A stretch of 62,334 nucleotides of DNA, counting the filler, from Choristocarpus tenellus KU-1152 (lineage: Eukaryota > Protista > Phaeophyceae): NCBI GenBank assembly GCA_964200185.2. It is 10 parts of 10 records of this genome, joined end to end, with 100 filler letters (N's around TTAATTAATTAA, not from the genome) between each part and the next. Parts side by side here need not be neighbours in the genome. Positions count along the whole stretch, not along the records: positions 23,155 to 31,581 come from CAXNAD020004721.1; positions 31,682 to 37,465 come from CAXNAD020009762.1; positions 37,566 to 44,562 come from CAXNAD020006899.1; 7 more parts are not named here. One strand, 5' to 3'. The notes beneath the pieces were generated by a model. That model had not been told where the DNA came from. It ran no database searches and saw only the letters and a program-made list of their open reading frames with translations. Numbering within the stretch: the first letter of the stretch is position 1; each line of letters begins with the position of its first letter. This document shows positions 27,450 through 40,273 of this stretch, piece after piece. The translations under genes and the position numbers were made by a program.

Positions 27450-28900
27450 TAGTCGTCAACGGCTTCACCAGGTTCAATTAGTGGGATTGGACCAGTTCTT
27501 CTGGGAGTGGGCCAAAAACTGCATACAAGACAAACGATTGAAGTTAGGGTGTTGATGGGGAGAGGGAGGGTGCACCCTGCAAAGGGAGAATGGAAACAAA
27601 AAATAGACACGGATGGGAATGAGTGCGCGATCAAGCACACATGGATTCTATGTAGCCATCGTCTAAAGCTCACGTCAACAATTGTTGTGAGTCATAAGGG
27701 ACTAGTTCCAAAGCCTACATTTTGGCACTGAACGTCGAGTAGCACGACGGGCTGGGTAGAGACGAATTCAAAATGTTGACTGGCATAAGGAGGAAAAGAT
27801 AACTTCTCGTAAGAAGAGTCAGGGGACTGATCTTACCGTGGCAGACCCTCTTAGCCATGCGATTGTTCGAGAGACTCTCTGTATGAGAGAAGATCGGTCT
27901 AAGACTCTCGGCATGGAAGCTTTTGTCGGTTCTATAGAGAAGGTGAATGGACTGTTGTACCCAATAAAAGTAATGTCAAGTGGAGTTTTGTGCGTGCTGT
28001 TGATAGTCTGGAGCTCGTTCTACCGATACAAAGAGGATGTGAGGGTCAGGTCTACCACTTAATTGTTATCTGCTCGCGTGACTCTCGTTTCTGCGGGATG
28101 ACTGGTCGATAGAGGTGTTGTAAACCAAGGGTTTGACGATTCATTTTTGTGACTTGTGCACTGCTTTAGAGTATATGTGCCAAGGACTTCGAGATATACA
28201 GCTGGAGGGTGACACTGCCATTTATGCAATGGTTGGAAAGGAACACATCGTGATAACACCAATTTATGGTTTCAACTTCAACATTTGGTGCACTATTTGG
28301 AGGTTAGATAGCACACACTTGCCAAATACTTGCCGTGTTTGGGCTGACCCTCCCTAACCTATCCTTACCGACAGGAATGGATATCAACCAGCGCTGAAGA
28401 TGACCAAACAACATACTTAGGAAAATGTGGGTTACAATGCATTCCAGGCAATCCTGACAGCAGCAGTGGGTACAGGTGGATAGACTTCTTCAACCGATCC
28501 CGATGGCTGTTGCAGTGCCTACTGCAAAGAGAGAGATCAAATAACTTCATAGGGATTAGAGGGCAGGGAATCTAAAATGAAACCTGCTATTGGCTAAGGC
28601 ACTAGAAGAGGACCTCGGGAGGTATGTGGTGCACAAGGAATGGTGTGATGCAATACCTATTGGCCTGAGACACTAATGCAGGATTGTTCGCATGATGAAG
28701 TGATGCGTGTGAGTGGAACCTCTGGTGATAGGGACATGTGACATGTGAATAAATCACCAACCGAGAAGCACCCCAAACAGACACTGGTACTAGAGGGTGG
28801 GGAAGAAGATGTCTGTAGTTGTTCTTGAGAACGGCGAAGTGTTTGGAGTGGAAGCGAACACAGTGGTGGGGTGAGATATGAATGGGATGAGATTAGGATT
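27450..28900 (+). mobile_element. Ty3/gypsy pol remnant
   Basis: VVSHKGLVPKP (cf. RT G.VVS..G..P.P) and GTDLTVADPLSH (cf. RNase H N.VADALSR). Confidence 0.5.
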
Positions 28901-29949
28901 TTTTGAGCCTACATCTATTTCTTGTGAACCTCGATTTGGCACACTGCAGCAATCTACTACAGCATTTTTCCATGTTTCCTGTTTGGCAAGAAGGTGAAGA
29001 GTTTTTTCCGTGTGCATACTGATTCCATACTGAGTTCAAGTTCGATCCGAGTACACTTCACGCTGTGATGAAGCAGCAGCGGAGGAGGGGCAACTTCATC
29101 AGGGGACAACAGCAGGTCCAGGAGCAGGGAGAGTAAAAGGGGTAGTAGTAGCAGGTGCTGGGGGAGGAAGAGCATCAGCAGATACATGAGCAGCAGCAAC
29201 AAGTGCAGCAGTATGAAAGACTGGAGGGGCAACAGCATAGGCAGCAACAGCAGGAGCACCTGCAATTTTCTTCCTCTCCTAGCCCCAGCTGCAGTAAATG
29301 CCGAGCAGTCAATCAGAGCTGTGACCGAGTTGACGGTAGATTTGAAAACCAGGCAACCTTCTACAATGCTGCCTTGCACTCAAACGTGTAGCTTCTTGCA
29401 GATGGTCCTGAAATAGGCGATTTGCTTTCCCTTGAGAGGAGGCTGCCACAAGGCCATGGGGGGGGACTCACATGCACAAGGATGGTCAAGGATAACTGGA
29501 GGAGTGGCTACACAATAGGGTGGTTAAGTTAAAGTCTGCTGATGGTCAAGTTGAGCTGGTTGTGAGGGAAAGAGAGGTTGGTACGGCTGAAAGTGAGGCT
29601 GATCGACATGGGATTCAAGGACACGATCAGAATGTCAGGGAAAGAGTGGGTCAACGAGGAAGAGGGTTGGACGTAGGGGTCTGAGGGGCGATGAGCTCAA
29701 AGTTGAGTAGAACTCAACGTCTATGCCTCTTCCTGCCTCTACAAGTTTTTCCGGGAGCAGAATGACAGTTGTTGTGCAAACGAGGAGGATTTCATGTTCC
29801 AGTATGACGCAGCTTGGAGTAATCTAGAGAGGCTTGTGGAGGATGGTAAGATGATGTGATCGTGTGACACCAGTCTTGTTTCGGGATGTAGAAAAGAGTG
29901 GAACCGAGGCAATTTTCTGGAGGTGTTGTTCAAAATGTACAGACGGTTT

Positions 29950-31140
29950 GGTTGAAATTGTACACAGGAAGAGACATGCAAATCAAACATTACACATCAC
30001 ATCGCAGGACAACAACTGGGAGAAGGAGAATAAGGCCACCGTATCTAGAGCAACTGTCATGGTGTTTTCGGGCAACAGGCGGCGGTCTTTGGCAGTGAGA
30101 AGGTCTAGGAGTGAACTGAATTCGAAGCCGGGCGTATGAACGATGTTTGACCTTCGGGCGATCCATGGGACCACCCTGTGATCCATGATCTGGAAAATAC
30201 GTGCATTAGGGTTTTTAGAAGTTGTAAATCCGATAATATCCATACTTACAATCTTTAAAAATACAAAGCACATACTCAATTGATCTTGTATGTTTCCAAT
30301 GTTCCCAAACCAAAAGGTAAAAAAAAACTGACACCCTCTAATTGTTTTACGTACAAAATCTTAAATTGTTCGACATTGTATTCAAAAAAATACTAGAGTC
30401 GACAAAAAGTGGCTCCTGAGGTTCGGGTGATCTGTCGGACCACCCGAAACCGTTGAACCGTCAAAACACGTGCATTGGGATTTTTAGAAATTGTAAATCC
30501 GATTATAACCATTCTTACAATTTTTGAAATACAAAGCATGTACTTTATAGGTCTCACACGTTTCCAATGTTCAGAAACTAAAAGGTCACTTTCAACTGGT
30601 ACCCTACAATTTATTTAAATACTAAAACCGCTTTTTGTCGACTTTATGATTTAAAAAAATACTAGAGTCGACAAAAAGTGGCTCTTGAGTTTCGGGTGAT
30701 CCATCGGATCACCCTAAACCCTTGAACAGTCAAAACACGTTAGTGAAAGTATCTTGGACGGTACGAGTTTTGCCCTGTTTGTCCATTTGGAGCTTGGCTT
30801 TCCATGGGGTTTTTGTGATATTTTTCCTACTCCGAAACATTTCGGAGTAGGAAATATGTATATGTTATGAAATGGTGTGTCCGGAACAAGGATACTGACA
30901 CTTCCTAACAAATACGACGGATAAAATTACATGGAAATCGCAACATTGGATTTCGGCCCCCGAATGGACACGGCCCTACCCTCTAAGATACTTTGACTCA
31001 CGTGCATTAGGGTTTTTACGAAATAATAATATTCTAATCTTTATATCAACAAATAAAAATACAAACCACATACTTCATTGATCTAACACGTTTGAAACGT
31101 ACTGAAACGAAAAGGTCACAGAAAAAATGATACGGGTCTA
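29950..31140 (+). mobile_element. probable hAT element 3' end with ~269-bp subterminal tandem repeats
   Basis: RATVMVFSGNRRRSLAVRRSR resembles the hAT dimerisation motif (ERVFS..G.....RR.RL). About 3 repeat units; anchor GTCGACAAAAAGTGGCTC at ~30398 and ~30667. Confidence 0.5.
30741..30999 (+). mobile_element. MITE family B (Sola2-like), complete, 4-bp TSD ACGT
   Basis: Interrupts AAAACACGTGCATT, which is intact in the neighbouring repeat units; ACGT is duplicated at 30737-30740 and 31000-31003. Confidence 0.92.
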
Positions 31141-31581
31141 CATCGAGTTCAACCAAGCAGAAGAGAGGCTATTTGCCAATGGTGGGTGATGGAGTGTTGT
31201 CGTTGTTCCATGATCGCCTGACTCTTCTGATCAACAAAGCAACTAAGTAAGTTGAGTGTTGTTGTTCCATGATCGCCTGTTGACTCTTCTGATTTACCAA
31301 GTTGGTGCCGTGTTTCCTTTGTTTGGTTCATCGTCGGTCAGCCCGTTGTTGATCTTTTTGTTGTTGATCTTTTTTATCCCTCGTGGTCTTTCTGTCGACA
31401 GCAACATATGTTGTTCACTACTGCCTGCCGCGTGTGTCCCGCGACCGCTTCCCACCTACCCCTTGCCCCGTTCGCCCACTGCGATGTGTTTCAAGTTCAA
31501 CAACTTGCCCGAGAAAATAGATAAATGCAGATAGGCGTATCTGACAGGGTGGGGGGGGGGGGGGCAGATCACAATAAACGA

Positions 31582-31681
31582 NNNNNNNNNNNNNNNNNNN
31601 NNNNNNNNNNNNNNNNNNNNNNNNNTTAATTAATTAANNNNNNNNNNNNNNNNNNNNNNNNNNNNNNNNNNNNNNNNNNNN
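31582..31681. other. artificial contig linker
   Basis: N/TTAATTAATTAA spacer. Confidence 0.99.
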
Positions 31682-32339
31682 GGAGGCCTTCAATATGAGC
31701 CTAGTGAATCTTTCGGATGAGGTGGGGGGCCATTACAACAGTGCGAAGCAGTCAGATGAATACCCTAGGATGCCTGGCAACAGTGGGTTGGGGTGGGGAG
31801 TGGGGGGCTCAAGCTTGAGTGGATTTGGAGGGGGCGAGGGGAGGAGAGAATTTGAGGGTTAAGAGGGTACAGATGGGGAGAGGGATGAAGAACTGGGTGT
31901 GTGAACCTGACTTGTCAGAAAGGCTCTCAATGGATAAGAGCAAGGAGCATAGCACAGGACAGGCTTTAGCATTCACAGATGAGACCTATTCAGTGGGCCT
32001 TGGTAAGCTCACTCTGGAGATGATTTTCAGTACAGCAACTGACAGGTGAGTTTGTATATGGGGGCACAGCAGGCTCTATGAAACTAAAATCCCTCCCAAT
32101 CTGGTAGATGTCAGTATGTTCACACATTGCTGTAAATTTAATTGATATCTAGGAATCAGATCTTATTTGCTTTCAAAGTATAACTTTGACTCATAAATTT
32201 GTTATGCAATTCAATTATAAGATGCAATTTGAACTTTTTTATCAAAATATTTTGCTTCTTACTTGGGCGGGTTCAATAATTCTTGCCATGATGGATTGTG
32301 TTTTTCTGCCATTAGTAATTATGACCCAGAGTTTTTAAT

Positions 32340-32560
32340 TTAGCCAAAATAACTATCTTACAAAGCACATCCTCATTAAGGAGATTCAAATTTTCCTTTA
32401 TGCTTGATAGGAAGTAGTAATGACTATCGTTCATGCCATGTCCCAAAGGTTCAATGCAATATTATTAGTAAGGTTACAGCCTTTCATATCTTGCATTTAT
32501 TGTTAAGACAAATTATCCCTGTGAAAGACGTCCAGGGTAAACCTTAATTGTACTTGAGTT
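32340..32560 (-). pseudogene. bacterial ISNCY-like transposase fragment within an AT-rich insert (~32135-32615)
   Basis: GIICLNNK...LGHGMNDSHYYFLSSIKENLNLLNEDVLCKI resembles the recalled ISNCY motif GTIRLNCNWDY...MLGHG..D..Y.LQT.KDN.SLLTPEVLDKI; frameshifted. Confidence 0.6.
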
Positions 32561-32699
32561 GGAGTATCTTCTCTTTGGATAGACGAAGCTCATCAAAAAT
32601 AGTTGTTTAGAGTTTACAGTTGGTTTGGTCTGGTGCGTGGGTATACAGGGAGACTAGGGTGTTGAGAACACATTAAGAAATGACTGCTGGGTGAAGTTA

Positions 32700-33280
32700 T
32701 ACCAAACAGTTGGGTTGGTGATCGTGCATGTAGAGGGGAAGGGTTTGGTTATGTTTGGTTATGTTTGGTTATGTTGCATGCCAAGATGAATGGTTTGGGG
32801 ATGGGGTGCACAGAGAAGGTTGTGTTGGTATTGGGACATGCAGAGATGACTGGTGAGGTGAGGGGGCGGGCAGAAATGTTTGTGGTTTTAATGGGTTGTG
32901 TAGAGGTGGATGGTGTGGTGATATTGCATCCAGAAATGACTGGGTGGATGATCGTGAACATAGAGGTGACTGATGTGGTGAAGGTTTGTTCAGAGAGGGT
33001 TGGGATGGTGATGATACATGTAGGGATGACGGTTGTTGAGATTTTTGTTGTGAGATGATTGGTATGGTGATGGCAAGGGTAGAAATTAATGGAGGCCTTG
33101 ATGTTGTCTGTAGAAATGGATGAGAGTGGTGGTGCAGTGTACTTGTACTGAGATGAATGTGGAAGGTTCATGCATGGTTGATTGGGAGGGGATGGCACAC
33201 ACACAGATGAATGGAGCAATGAAGTTGTGTGTGGAGAGGATTGGGCTATTGGTAATGGTGGTGCAAGTAGAGATTAGTGA
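32700..33280. repeat. degenerate ~30-bp minisatellite
   Basis: Units like TGGTGATRTTGCATGCAGARATGACTGG; the minus strand gives PVISACNIT-like 10-aa repeats. Confidence 0.7.
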
Positions 33281-34302
33281 ACCAATACCTGCTTCATACC
33301 CTATTTGGCATGTAAAGTGAATTAAATTGATAGGCATGGTGGCAATTACTTGAGTTACAGTGAATTTGTGACTGAACAGACCAGAAACAGAGGGAGAAGG
33401 AACAGGTGATGAGGAGAGGTGATGAGGAGAGGTGATACTCTCTCTGTTGTGGTGCGTGTCTGGACCCCGAGCAGATTGCTGATGAGGGTGTTGGCATAGC
33501 TTGAGGTGGAAGGGGGTTAGTGTCTCATGGCAAAATACATCCCAGGAAAGAAAGATGAATTGGCTGGTGGTATCTCTCAGGAGGTTGTGAGAACACAGTA
33601 ACACAGTTGGACCCCTTGATAAAGATAAAATATTGGCAGGATCAGGATATGGTAGTAAAGAGGGGAGTGTTCCTCTTGGATTTTGGAAGACAGCTTGCTG
33701 GACGGTCCAATGGACCAAGTTTGTTGACAATTTTTTGAGGAGCAGATGGAATGGGTAGCTTCATGGCGTGTTTGCAACAAGGGATGCTGGGTTTTGCTTT
33801 TGAATATAATTTATTTTGTAGTGGTCTGTTGTGGAGATGTGGAGGGTGGGGGGGGATGTCAACTGTGATGGCTCTGGCGGTCAATTCTTGAGATATCACA
33901 ATGGGGGAAGGAGTAGTGTTGGACACATTCGTGTTCATGGGGTCAGGGTCAGAGACAGACACAAGGAGAAGGAGACCCAACATTGGGAAGAAAGAATGGA
34001 GAAGAGGAGGACAGTCTAAGAAGGCTTTGATTGGGGCTGGGGAGGTCCTCTCCGCTATAACCAAGTTAGGAGGACTTGAAGGCAGGGGAATAGACTTATG
34101 GTTCTTGATAGGCAGTGGTGTGTGACACAATGATTGGTCTTGACTTGGTAACATAAATCCATAATTCTTGACCTGAAACAAAACTTTAGAGCTGAGGGGT
34201 TGACTTGCTACAAAAGCACAGCAGGTGGCTCCTTCAAGGCAGGTGTAGATAAGGCGGCAGCTTTGACATGGATATCATTCTCAATTAGGTGCTAATGAAA
34301 TT

Positions 34303-34372
34303 GATGTCATTACGGCTCAGTGGGTAAGGCAGGAGTTCCTTGATTAATTTCATGGGTTCAAATCCCTTCAGC
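34303..34372 (+). pseudogene. tRNA-like relic or SINE head
   Basis: A-box-like GGCTCAGTGGGTAAGGC and B-box GGTTCAAATCCC at tRNA spacing; no intact acceptor or anticodon stem. Confidence 0.55.
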
Positions 34373-34769
34373 TCTGTACGTAATTTCTCAGAAAACTGTT
34401 TTCAATGATACAATATATTACAATTACATGCGTCAACCATAAAGGATTACGTACTTCTACTATCCTGTCCATGGCTGTATCGCAAGAACGTTGTTCCAAG
34501 ATCAAAGTGGAAAGCATCTAAAGTGGAAAATATCTAAACACCTAAAGTGGAAAATTTAAGCGCAAGGAAATTTGAGGCAGGAGACAGAGCGTTGAGCTGT
34601 GGGAGTACTGAACTCAATGCACAAGAAGTAAAAGAGGAACAGGGTCAGGACAATAAGTCATGATGCAACAGTCAGTATTTATGTCTTGGTAGGGGATACA
34701 TTCCAGCGTGTCATGCCTCCTCTGACCACTGATCCACTGGTCAAGATATTTCCTAGACGATGTAAACAA

Positions 34770-35640
34770 TAGCAAGAGGGGTTACAATGGTATATTCCAC
34801 GATTTCTGAGAAGCAATCTGTACAAAGTCTTTCTTTCAGGCAGAACTATTGCTGCTCACCATATATATATATGGAACTTGCAAAACCAAGTGATTTCTGT
34901 CTATTCATCAATCTCTCTGTCAGTTCCTTAGGTACCTGTACTCACTCTCATCATGGCATATCTCCTCAAAGCTATACTTTGCTTGTGAGCAGATTTCTCT
35001 TTTGTTGAACTTTTGTGTTTCAAGTCACATCCCACAGAGCGAGAGCCAGCTCAATAACCGACTCTTGCTCATCACCCCTGGTGGTTCTCCATATCATGTT
35101 TCTGCTTGCCATCTTATTGGGGGATACCAAGAAACAACAGTTATCTATTCTAACATTCAATCATTCCAGCTGTTATGTTACATCAGAAGTACAACATTAT
35201 GAAGAGCTAACTAAGATTGGATGGTCATTGTGAGATTAAAATTTGGTCCAGGATTATTATTACAAGTTTCGAGGAGTACTGGAATTGACAGTAAATAAGC
35301 TAGATAGCATGCTTGATTCTGGAAGTGACAGGTTAAATTAGTAATAATATGCTAGAGTAAGGAGGGCAGCGGTCATGGGATGGTAAGAGTGGTATGGATC
35401 TGATTTATTCAAGCCACAAGCGTTATCCTGGGCAAAGTAAGCTATGCATTTAATGGGCTGAAGAATTTGCCAAACAATAGACCTTACAGAACAAATGTGT
35501 ATGTATGTCCCCAAGCAAGTTCTGTCCTTGACAGCTGAAATTATACTACACTTGGGCCCTAGTGTTATCCACCATGAATACGGTGGACACATATTGCAAT
35601 CTTTGCATTATATCTTATTTTACTTTTCTTCTGTGAAGTA
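34770..35640 (+). mobile_element. highly degenerate LINE (RTE-like) RT remnant
   Basis: LGKVSYAFNGLK resembles the RTE RI.KA..AF..L motif. Confidence 0.35.
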
Positions 35641-36719
35641 CTCCAGGTAGGTGAATTTCATTTATCGCTTTCTCTTGTTTATTGTACTATATATTTTAGT
35701 ACTAGTATAGTAGGATACTGTATACTTCTACTCTCTTGCAGCACAATTCTGGATTATCACAATAAGCTTTGCTCTACCTTCCTCCATTCTCCTTGAGACC
35801 ATTGCCAACAATTATGTTATGTATCCCATTATCATCCCCAATACTCAAACCATATCTTGCTTTCCTTTGCTTCACCAAAACACTAGAAGGACTTCTTACC
35901 TTCTTGGGTGGTTGGTCGCTGGAACTGTGCCACCCCATGCCTTCTAACTTCTATCCTTACTTCCCAATAACAAATTGCCACACCCAATTCCTATTTGTGC
36001 CACTTCAATAATAATTCCTACCAAGTTATTGCTCACTAAAATACATCCTGACCTTCTCGATACAAAGATGTCTCCACCCCGCCAAAACATACCTCAAGCT
36101 CCCTCTCACCTGTCCCCTTCACATACGCAAGCAAACATGAGGTTAAGTAGGCCGGGAAAGATTGCTTGGGCTTGTCTCCCCCTTGTCTTCCCCTGATCTC
36201 TTTAATATTTTGTAACATTTTATTTTTTATTCTTTTTGTGCCCCTCTTAACTGGACAGTCATCAACTGAATCAGGTCGTTCTGCCTATTCTCTTCGTCAA
36301 ATCCTAATAATCCTAGATTCCTTTTGCTTCTTTCACTTCTTACCAATATACCCCACACCTTTCTTGTCATACCAAAATGAAGCCACCCTTAACTACCCTT
36401 CACTAATACTTTTCTTCTTGTCTTACCAACAAGTTCCTTCCCTTCTTTCATTTTCATATCTATTTCACTTGTCCATTGCTATGAGGGGAGAATTTTGTCG
36501 TTCCACAAGACCTCAAATGGTCCTAATCCTCCTCATAAAGTGTGAATAGTATTATTTAAGCCGATCCTTCACACATTCTTAATGCATCAAACAGCCACAA
36601 ACGTTGTTCTGGACAATGGATATTGCAGAGGAAAGGGCTCTGAACATTACCCTGACAACAGATGTTGCGTGCTGACCTTGGTTATGCTATCAATTGACAT
36701 TCTTGAGCTGAATGAACTC

Positions 36720-36722
<3 letters not shown>

Positions 36723-36750
<28 letters not shown>
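36723..36750. repeat. (TAT)n microsatellite
   Basis: Directly visible. Confidence 0.95.
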
Positions 36751-37040
36751 GTGAACCGTGTGGTTTGCCCAGGTGAGGTTGGTGAGAGAATCACCGGATA
36801 AGACAGATCAAGATTAATCTTAACCGAGAGGTCAAGGTTAAGGAAGGACAAGTGTAGTGTCCAAAGTGGCGAGAGGGGAGAATAATGACTCGGGTAGGAG
36901 AGCTCTCAAAGGACTCCTTAGTGATGGAGTGCCCTCTTAATGCTCCTCCCCCAGGGTTGTCACCACAGTTTTTGGAAAGAACATCAAACAGTCTGAAGGT
37001 ATAGGCAGTGACGATATGATAAGAGACACCCGTGCTTTCT
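36750..37040 (+). mobile_element. solo-LTR-like repeat
   Basis: Starts TGTGAA; similar to the reverse complement of 47395-47693. Confidence 0.5.
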
Positions 37041-37465
37041 ACAATATTGTTATTGCTACTATTATTATTATTTTTTCCTCATAGCGGCCCTGACAATCTT
37101 TTGGGCTCCACTCACATATGAGATGTCCAAAACCAATTCCTGCCCATCCATCAGTCTATCTGCCTTATAAAACCAAGTAATTCCAGCGCTTACTAACCTT
37201 CGGGCTCTGTAGACCTGTCCTCTTTCTAGCTTGTTTGAGGTTTGAGTTCTACGGTATGTTTTATACATTTCTTCACCACATTTGTCTAGGGACTATCCCA
37301 ACCTGTGGTCGGAGGCATTGTACAATGTATCACTCCTCACACCATTAATAACTGCAGCAACTACCTCAAAGTATCTGGGGGGGGGGGGGGGGCCTCGGCC
37401 GGGTTTCCATTTGGGGGGGGGCCAAGGAAAAGGGCCCTAACCTTTTCCCTCCGACCCATGCAAAC

Positions 37466-37565
37466 NNNNNNNNNNNNNNNNNNNNNNNNNNNNNNNNNNN
37501 NNNNNNNNNTTAATTAATTAANNNNNNNNNNNNNNNNNNNNNNNNNNNNNNNNNNNNNNNNNNNN
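37466..37565. other. artificial contig linker
   Basis: N/TTAATTAATTAA spacer. Confidence 0.99.
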
Positions 37566-38949
37566 CCAAGCAATCTCGCCGGGTTTATCACCTTTATCCT
37601 CTTTGATGATTTTGGGGATACTTTAACAGCTCTACCCTCTAAGATACTTTTGAATCTTTTCTCGCATCTAAATATTCTTCTAGGGCCACATCCTCCTGAT
37701 GAGGGTTGATCACATTTCAGGGATGGGGATGGTGTATATAAAACTCAATAAGGGTCAAAATCGACCCTGTTTTTGATGGTTTCATTCTTTCATCAATGTG
37801 TCTGTGTGCAGTATGAGATCTCTGCTGCACAGATATTTCCCTCTCCCACCCTTGGAATGCACCGATTCTCCATCTTCAACTACTTTAAGCGGAAGAGAAG
37901 CAAGAAGTTGTGGGTCCACTAGACAGAAATGCGGACCAGTACAGCAAATGGGATGCTGACAGCATGAATAAGTGCAGTCCAATCATGGAGAACCTTGATG
38001 GAGAACCTTGATGGAGAATCTTCTGCCCGTTGAATTTTGTGACGGTAAAACGGTAGTACTGAGCTGATTTCGTCATGGTGTACTCTTTCGTGCTGGCTAG
38101 ACAGAGTTGATGAAGAGCAATCACATGGAGAGAAGCGACTCACCAATGGCACTGACGCTATTTGGTAACTAAAATGGTACGCCCATTGGGCACCAGCTCC
38201 TTCAAAGATCTATTTCAGTACAAAGGGCGTAATAGAGGGAGGTTCTATCGCTCAATTAACCAGGTCAGATCATAACTTGTCCTCAACAGGTCTAGGGGTA
38301 CGAGGCGAACGTTGAGATGAACCTTGCATCGACCACGACCGATGCCATCGAAATATCATGGTAGGCAGGAGGATTGTAAATTCTTGCCATACTTAGCTGA
38401 GGGCTGAAGGCGATCAAGAACTATTGTGGTTGAATATCCAGAGAGAAAAGTGACCAATGCGGAAATCAAAAAGGTTCAAGTGATACCTGATGAGTTCTAG
38501 GCTCGAGTATATAGTGGTCACGGCCAGTCCAAGGCCACCCAATTTCTCTCTCGCAAGACTCTTGTACTCGGTTGGCGTCTTCGTCTGGTAGGGACTCAGG
38601 CGGTGACGGAGACGAAGCAAAAACAAAGGGTACAATGTGCCCCTGTAAGGTGTAAGGACATGAACGGTGCACTCGCTTAATCATGGAAGTCCAGGTGGCA
38701 CAAACCTATTTGCCTCTCTGCGCACAATTGTCTTGTCGAGAGCTGTAACCACATGAATCGAACCTCTTTGTTCTTATCTTGCTCCAGCAGGTGGTGGTTT
38801 CATTCTGCAGCCAGTATTGTCAAGGTGATACAATATCTTAGTGTGTAGAAACAAACAAACACACGATTTAATTTGTTTCATGCATGGACTAGGAACCACC
38901 CTCCGATCCCTCATTGTACCCTTGGAAGCTTAAGATAAACTGCTGCCTA

Positions 38950-40200
38950 CTCCCATTATATATTTTCAGGATATGTTGTGTGATTCAAGAGCACGCAAGT
39001 GTCCTGTTCATGTGTGTCGTTGGTCAGTGAGGTACCAAATCAAACGGCTCAGCCCTAACCCTGAAACAGATATCATACTGGCTGGTTGGTGGCGTGTGAC
39101 AGGTTCCCACCCAGGGCAGACACAAATACCTTGTCCCGAGCGTTATTCCCTCCAACCTTAGCTTGGTCCCACTTTGACGCCACTAATACGACGTAGGTGA
39201 CATTCCAGGCAGTCGAATTTGCAGAATCGGACGAGGCTGTCCGTATCGGGTTAGGGAATGGCTGCCACGCGTGAGTTGCTGAGCGAATCGTCCTACTTAT
39301 GGAGTCACCTTGTGATAGCAGTCCTCTTGCAATTGAGTAGATAGTGACTCAGTGGCTTTAGCTCATCTTCAACTAGTGTTGTGTTGCTAATGTGGGCTTG
39401 TTTCTGGAACGCGTTGGAGGAAAACACTTGAGGTCAGTAAGCTACATACCTGCACCCTGAATGTCCTCGTTTGAATGTTTTCGTTTCTCTGCAGCTGCGC
39501 CTGTGAGCGGTGCTGATCTAAGCTCAATGGAACCATCTGGATCTTCAGATCTCTCCAAGTCGGACTCCGGTGAGCTCAAATATGCATAGAAGGGGATTGA
39601 GGGAGAAATGTGCGGGGCAAGAGAAAGCTGGGGTTGAGGTTCATCCTCTTTCGGATTCCATGTCACCGGCAGGCCCCTGGGCTCTGCTCGTACCTCTTAC
39701 TAAATCCAAGTGTGTATAGTTGCAGGAGAAGAGATGCCACCCTGCTGAAACGGCGCACCTGAACTTGTGGAGCGTTCCTTACCACTGGCCCTGTTTGATC
39801 ATGACCCTTGAAGCCAGCCGACGATCTTTAAAGCTTATGAGCACTCTGCCTCTCGAGTTGAAACTATTTGGATGCAGACGACTATATGGGATATGCGAAT
39901 GTACATCCCTTCTGATTAACGGGCGAGTTGCAAGGAAGTACTCATCAACGAAGTGTTGCTTACAACGTTTTCGCACTTGTTGATTTCTGACCATCAACCT
40001 GTTCTCATGTTTATCTCAATAGGAGCATCGAACTACTCTAGTTGTCATGGCTTAACCCCATCCTCCCTCCCTTTCCTGATCTCCAAATCCCAGCCTCTCC
40101 TTTACCTTCAACTTTTGCTAAGCTCATTGACATACTTGGGGAAGTTTCCAGTGAAAGGTCGAGTTTGCATCACCAAGGTGGTGCTACAGGTATGGACAAC
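38950..40200 (-). mobile_element. APE-type LINE remnant (ORF1-like segment plus endonuclease start)
   Basis: GRVLISFKDRRLASRVMIKQGQW is an RRM-like ORF1 segment; downstream TAWNV resembles the APE N-terminal (A/S)WNV motif. Confidence 0.4.
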
Positions 40201-40273
40201 AGAACTCAGTTTCGTCCACTGAATCACTCCCCCTCTCTTTCTATCCTTGCTTGATGCCCCCAAAAATGCTGTC

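Noticed and set aside
29050-29400. Q-rich ORF and antisense Leu-rich ORF as host genes
   Set aside because: CAG-rich low complexity next to a copia RT-like motif (VDLKT..FYNAAL) among TE debris; no splice support.
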